From NCBI GenBank assembly GCA_051047955.1, contig JBPGPT010000022.1, positions 248,001 through 273,455 of the forward strand: a DNA stretch of 25,455 nucleotides. The letters run 5' to 3'. The position numbers were made by a program, and so were the translations under genes. Of this stretch, positions 22,872 to 25,455 are shown piece after piece. The notes beneath the pieces were generated by a model. That model saw only the letters and a program-made list of their open reading frames with translations, searched no databases and was not told the DNA's origin. Numbering within the stretch: position 1 is the stretch's first letter; each line of letters opens with the position of its first letter. The stretch comes from Cystobasidiomycetes sp. EMM_F5. Taxonomy: Eukaryota.

Positions 22872-23732
22872 ATGACTTCCGCAACCTCCAAGGTCCTCTT
22901 CCTGTTGGGATCTGGTCCCAATGTAATCTCTAACGTCTCACTTCCCTGCTTATGATTCGCACTGAACCAAGTACGCCGTACCCTCTTCAGATTGGAGCAT
23001 CCATCGTCAAGACATTTCGAGAGGCAGGATACAAAATAGCAACAAGCTCTCGCAAAGCCGCGTCATCTCAAGATGATAGCACGCACCATATCCAGCTAGA
23101 TTTAAGTGATCCTTCGGCAGTAGCTGGTGCCTTTGACGAGGTAGCCTCCAAGATGGGCGCACCAGATGTTGTGGTGTACAACGGTCAGCGCATAGACCTC
23201 TTACTATTGAATGTTGCTCACAAGGGTTTTATGCCTGGTCGCAGCGGCAGCGCTCGCTGGCAAGCCTGGCCCGAAACCTTTGGAAGCTACTCTGAAGGAA
23301 TTTACGGATGCGATCAATATCAACCACACGTCCGTCTTCGAGGCAGCGAAGGCTGCAACAGACAGGAAGAAGAACGTCGTCTTCATTTTTACCGGTAACG
23401 GCTTGAATACCAAAGTCATGGTCTCTCTGCTGGCAGCAGGTGCTGGTAAGACGGCCACTCTTCATCTGCTGGAGGGCTTGAGTGCCGCCTATGGATCCGA
23501 CGGCGCCAGGTACGATCCTGCTTGCGCATGGACCTACTCTGAACGATATGAGAGCTTACTTTCTGGACAATGCAGATTCTATTACGCTGACGAACGCAGA
23601 GCAAACGGTGACTTTATGTACAATGCTGTGAATGGACCGTCCCATGCCAAGTTCTACCTCAGCCTAGCTCAATCTAACAAGCAGCTGCCGGTACAAGCGA
23701 CATTCGTGGACGGGGAGTATGTGAAATTCTAA
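22872..23732 (+). CDS. Short-chain dehydrogenase/reductase (atypical fungal SDR, Rossmann fold)
   Basis: Spliced KVLFLLGSGPNIGASIVKTF...YKIATSSRK, HIQLDLSDP, GAPDVVVYNA, FIFTGN, GAGKTA, RFYYADER, ATFVDGEYVKF. Three introns; stop TAA ends at 23732. Confidence 0.88.
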
Positions 23733-24210
23733 GAGAAGGCGGCACTGACAAGGGTGCAGCACACAGAACACGACAATAGTTGTTGCAGTGCCCTTGTAGA
23801 CTTTGAAGAGCGGATATGCGAGTCTGCCCCAATTACGGGAAGTCACTTTGTACATTCAGTCAATTACAGAGCTTCACAAGCTACTGAGCGAATGTACCCC
23901 GGCCCTGCAGTATTGGGTTTTTACTCGGTACTATTGTATACGAACGGACTTCGAAGTGATTATACAAGTTATCGAAATGAAGCAAATGCAGCATGCACTT
24001 GCTGAAGGCCATACTTTGGGACTCTGGTCCCCCCATTCGGCCACAAACTCAAAATGCGGGGTGACGATCCGGACGAAGATCCTGCGTACTCCCGCTTTGC
24101 AGCTTGCACACGACACCGCGGGCGACCAGTGCATCTAGCAAACACCACAGCAAGCCCTCAGACCTACGCAGCCTTAGAAAAATGAGGCTTCTGACGCAGA
24201 CATCCTCGAG

Positions 24211-25263
24211 ATGATGGCTCCCGCACTGGCCAAACTCGTTTTCGGAGTTCAGACTATCCTCAACGACCACCCTTCCTTTACAACTCACTATCAATCAATC
24301 ACCGAGTCTGACAAGAAGTTTATTCTCAAGACCATCCTCGAAGCTGCAGCTATAGAAATCCTGGCTGCAACAACAAATTACACAGAGACTCCCAGGGATC
24401 TCGCTGTCACAATGTGGATACTGGTACAATTGGTTGGGCATACATGCGGTCATGCATACAATGCCCAAGCGCGCAGCACTTTCGCCAACATGGTCAGGGG
24501 AAAAATGGCACCGACCCTGATGCCGGTAGTTCGAACTACTATCCCTTCGGACGAGTGCGAATCTGTCCTCCGTACACGGCAGGCAGAGGCCCAGCCTTCT
24601 GCAACTCTCTACCACCTGGTCGGCACAGCATTCTCCGAACTCACTGCCATTTTGGGGCCAGATGCTCAGCAAGAGTCGGTTCTGCTGCTGTGTTGCGTCT
24701 GCCATGCCTTTGAAAACCTCAAACTACTAGCACGGCAGCAGGTAGAAATTAACTTTGTAACTCGGAGGCCCAAAAAGCCAAAGAAGCCTGATGAAGTTTC
24801 GACCGACAAACCCTCCAAGTCTCGAAAATCTCGCGGCAAGGCCAAAGGAGCCAAGGCAAGTCAAGATGATGCGCAGACGGAAGAGCAGGATACCGTCGGA
24901 GAGAAAAACAAGGGGGTTGCTGCCGCCACCAAAACCAAAGGAACAAAGAACAAAACGGGCACGAAGGCCGCAAAAGCTCAAGCCAACAATGAAGCAGTCA
25001 CTACCAAGGGACAGAAGCCAGGCGGTACCAAGCGCAAGGGCAAAGCCAAGCTTGTCGATACCGACGACGAAGCTGATCCAGCCGAGCTCACGCTCGTCAA
25101 CGGTACTACCTCACCTGCGGCCAAAAGGATCAAATTCGGTGCTGGTAAGGGACCTGACGACCCAGTAGAATATCAAATCTATGTTCCAGTCGCAGAATCG
25201 CGGGCGGATCGTGTTGCGAGACGCGGACGAGCGCGGGAACAGCCGGTTCAGATCTCTGCTTAA
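24211..25263 (+). CDS. Hypothetical protein (at least 350 aa): predicted helical N-terminal half, Lys/Ala-rich basic C-terminal half
   Basis: Uninterrupted 1053-nt ORF with protein-like composition. A possible upstream exon (ATG 24054-24128, intron 24129-24177) would extend the N-terminus in frame. Confidence 0.7.
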   Translation: MMAPALAKLVFGVQTILNDHPSFTTHYQSITESDKKFILKTILEAAAIEILAATTNYTETPRDLAVTMWILVQLVGHTCGHAYNAQARSTFANMVRGKMAPTLMPVVRTTIPSDECESVLRTRQAEAQPSATLYHLVGTAFSELTAILGPDAQQESVLLLCCVCHAFENLKLLARQQVEINFVTRRPKKPKKPDEVSTDKPSKSRKSRGKAKGAKASQDDAQTEEQDTVGEKNKGVAAATKTKGTKNKTGTKAAKAQANNEAVTTKGQKPGGTKRKGKAKLVDTDDEADPAELTLVNGTTSPAAKRIKFGAGKGPDDPVEYQIYVPVAESRADRVARRGRAREQPVQISA

Positions 25264-25455
25264 GCGAGCGCAAGAACACGATTACGAGCTGGTATTACAT
25301 GCTCAGCTCTCAAGCCACGTCCTCAACTTCGACTTTATTTGCTGAAAGCTTCACCCAGTCTTTTTCGCTCTCCTCCTTTACATGCACGACACAGTCTACG
25401 CACTTCTGCATCTTCCCATAGCGTGTTCTGTGCGAACACCAATGTCGAATTACCC

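Noticed and set aside
1..25455. Secondary-metabolite cluster or novel multi-gene system (monooxygenase, MDR, SDR, RTA1)
   Set aside because: There is no PKS, NRPS, terpene or RiPP backbone gene and no cluster transcription factor. The enzymes are interleaved with housekeeping genes (Boi, SNRNP40, RRB1, tRNA).

Overview
Intron-rich, gene-dense fungal nuclear DNA, about 50% GC, with short GT-AG introns of roughly 50-65 nt and CTRAC/CTRAT branch sites. This pattern suggests a basidiomycete, possibly a Pucciniomycotina yeast (inference). I reconstructed 13 protein-coding genes by joining exons by hand: a ThuA-like protein (partial), a salicylate-hydroxylase-like flavin monooxygenase, a small His-tract orphan, a fungal AAA+ ATPase, a Zn-dependent butanediol/sorbitol-type dehydrogenase, a Boi1/Boi2/Pob1-like SH3-SAM-PH scaffold, the U5 snRNP 40-kDa WD40 protein, RRB1/GRWD1, a zipper-bearing orphan, a secreted CREG-like protein, an RTA1-family membrane protein, an SDR, and a Lys-rich orphan. 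There is also an intron-containing tRNA-Val(AAC). I see no CRISPR, rRNA, intact transposon or biosynthetic backbone gene, and no convincing novel multi-gene system. The best leads are the C-terminal calponin-homology-like domain on the Boi scaffold, a sequon-rich ThuA protein with a GPI-like tail but no visible signal peptide, three orphan genes, and a GCTGA-motif cluster in the RTA1/SDR divergent promoter. All family assignments come from motif recognition, not database searches.
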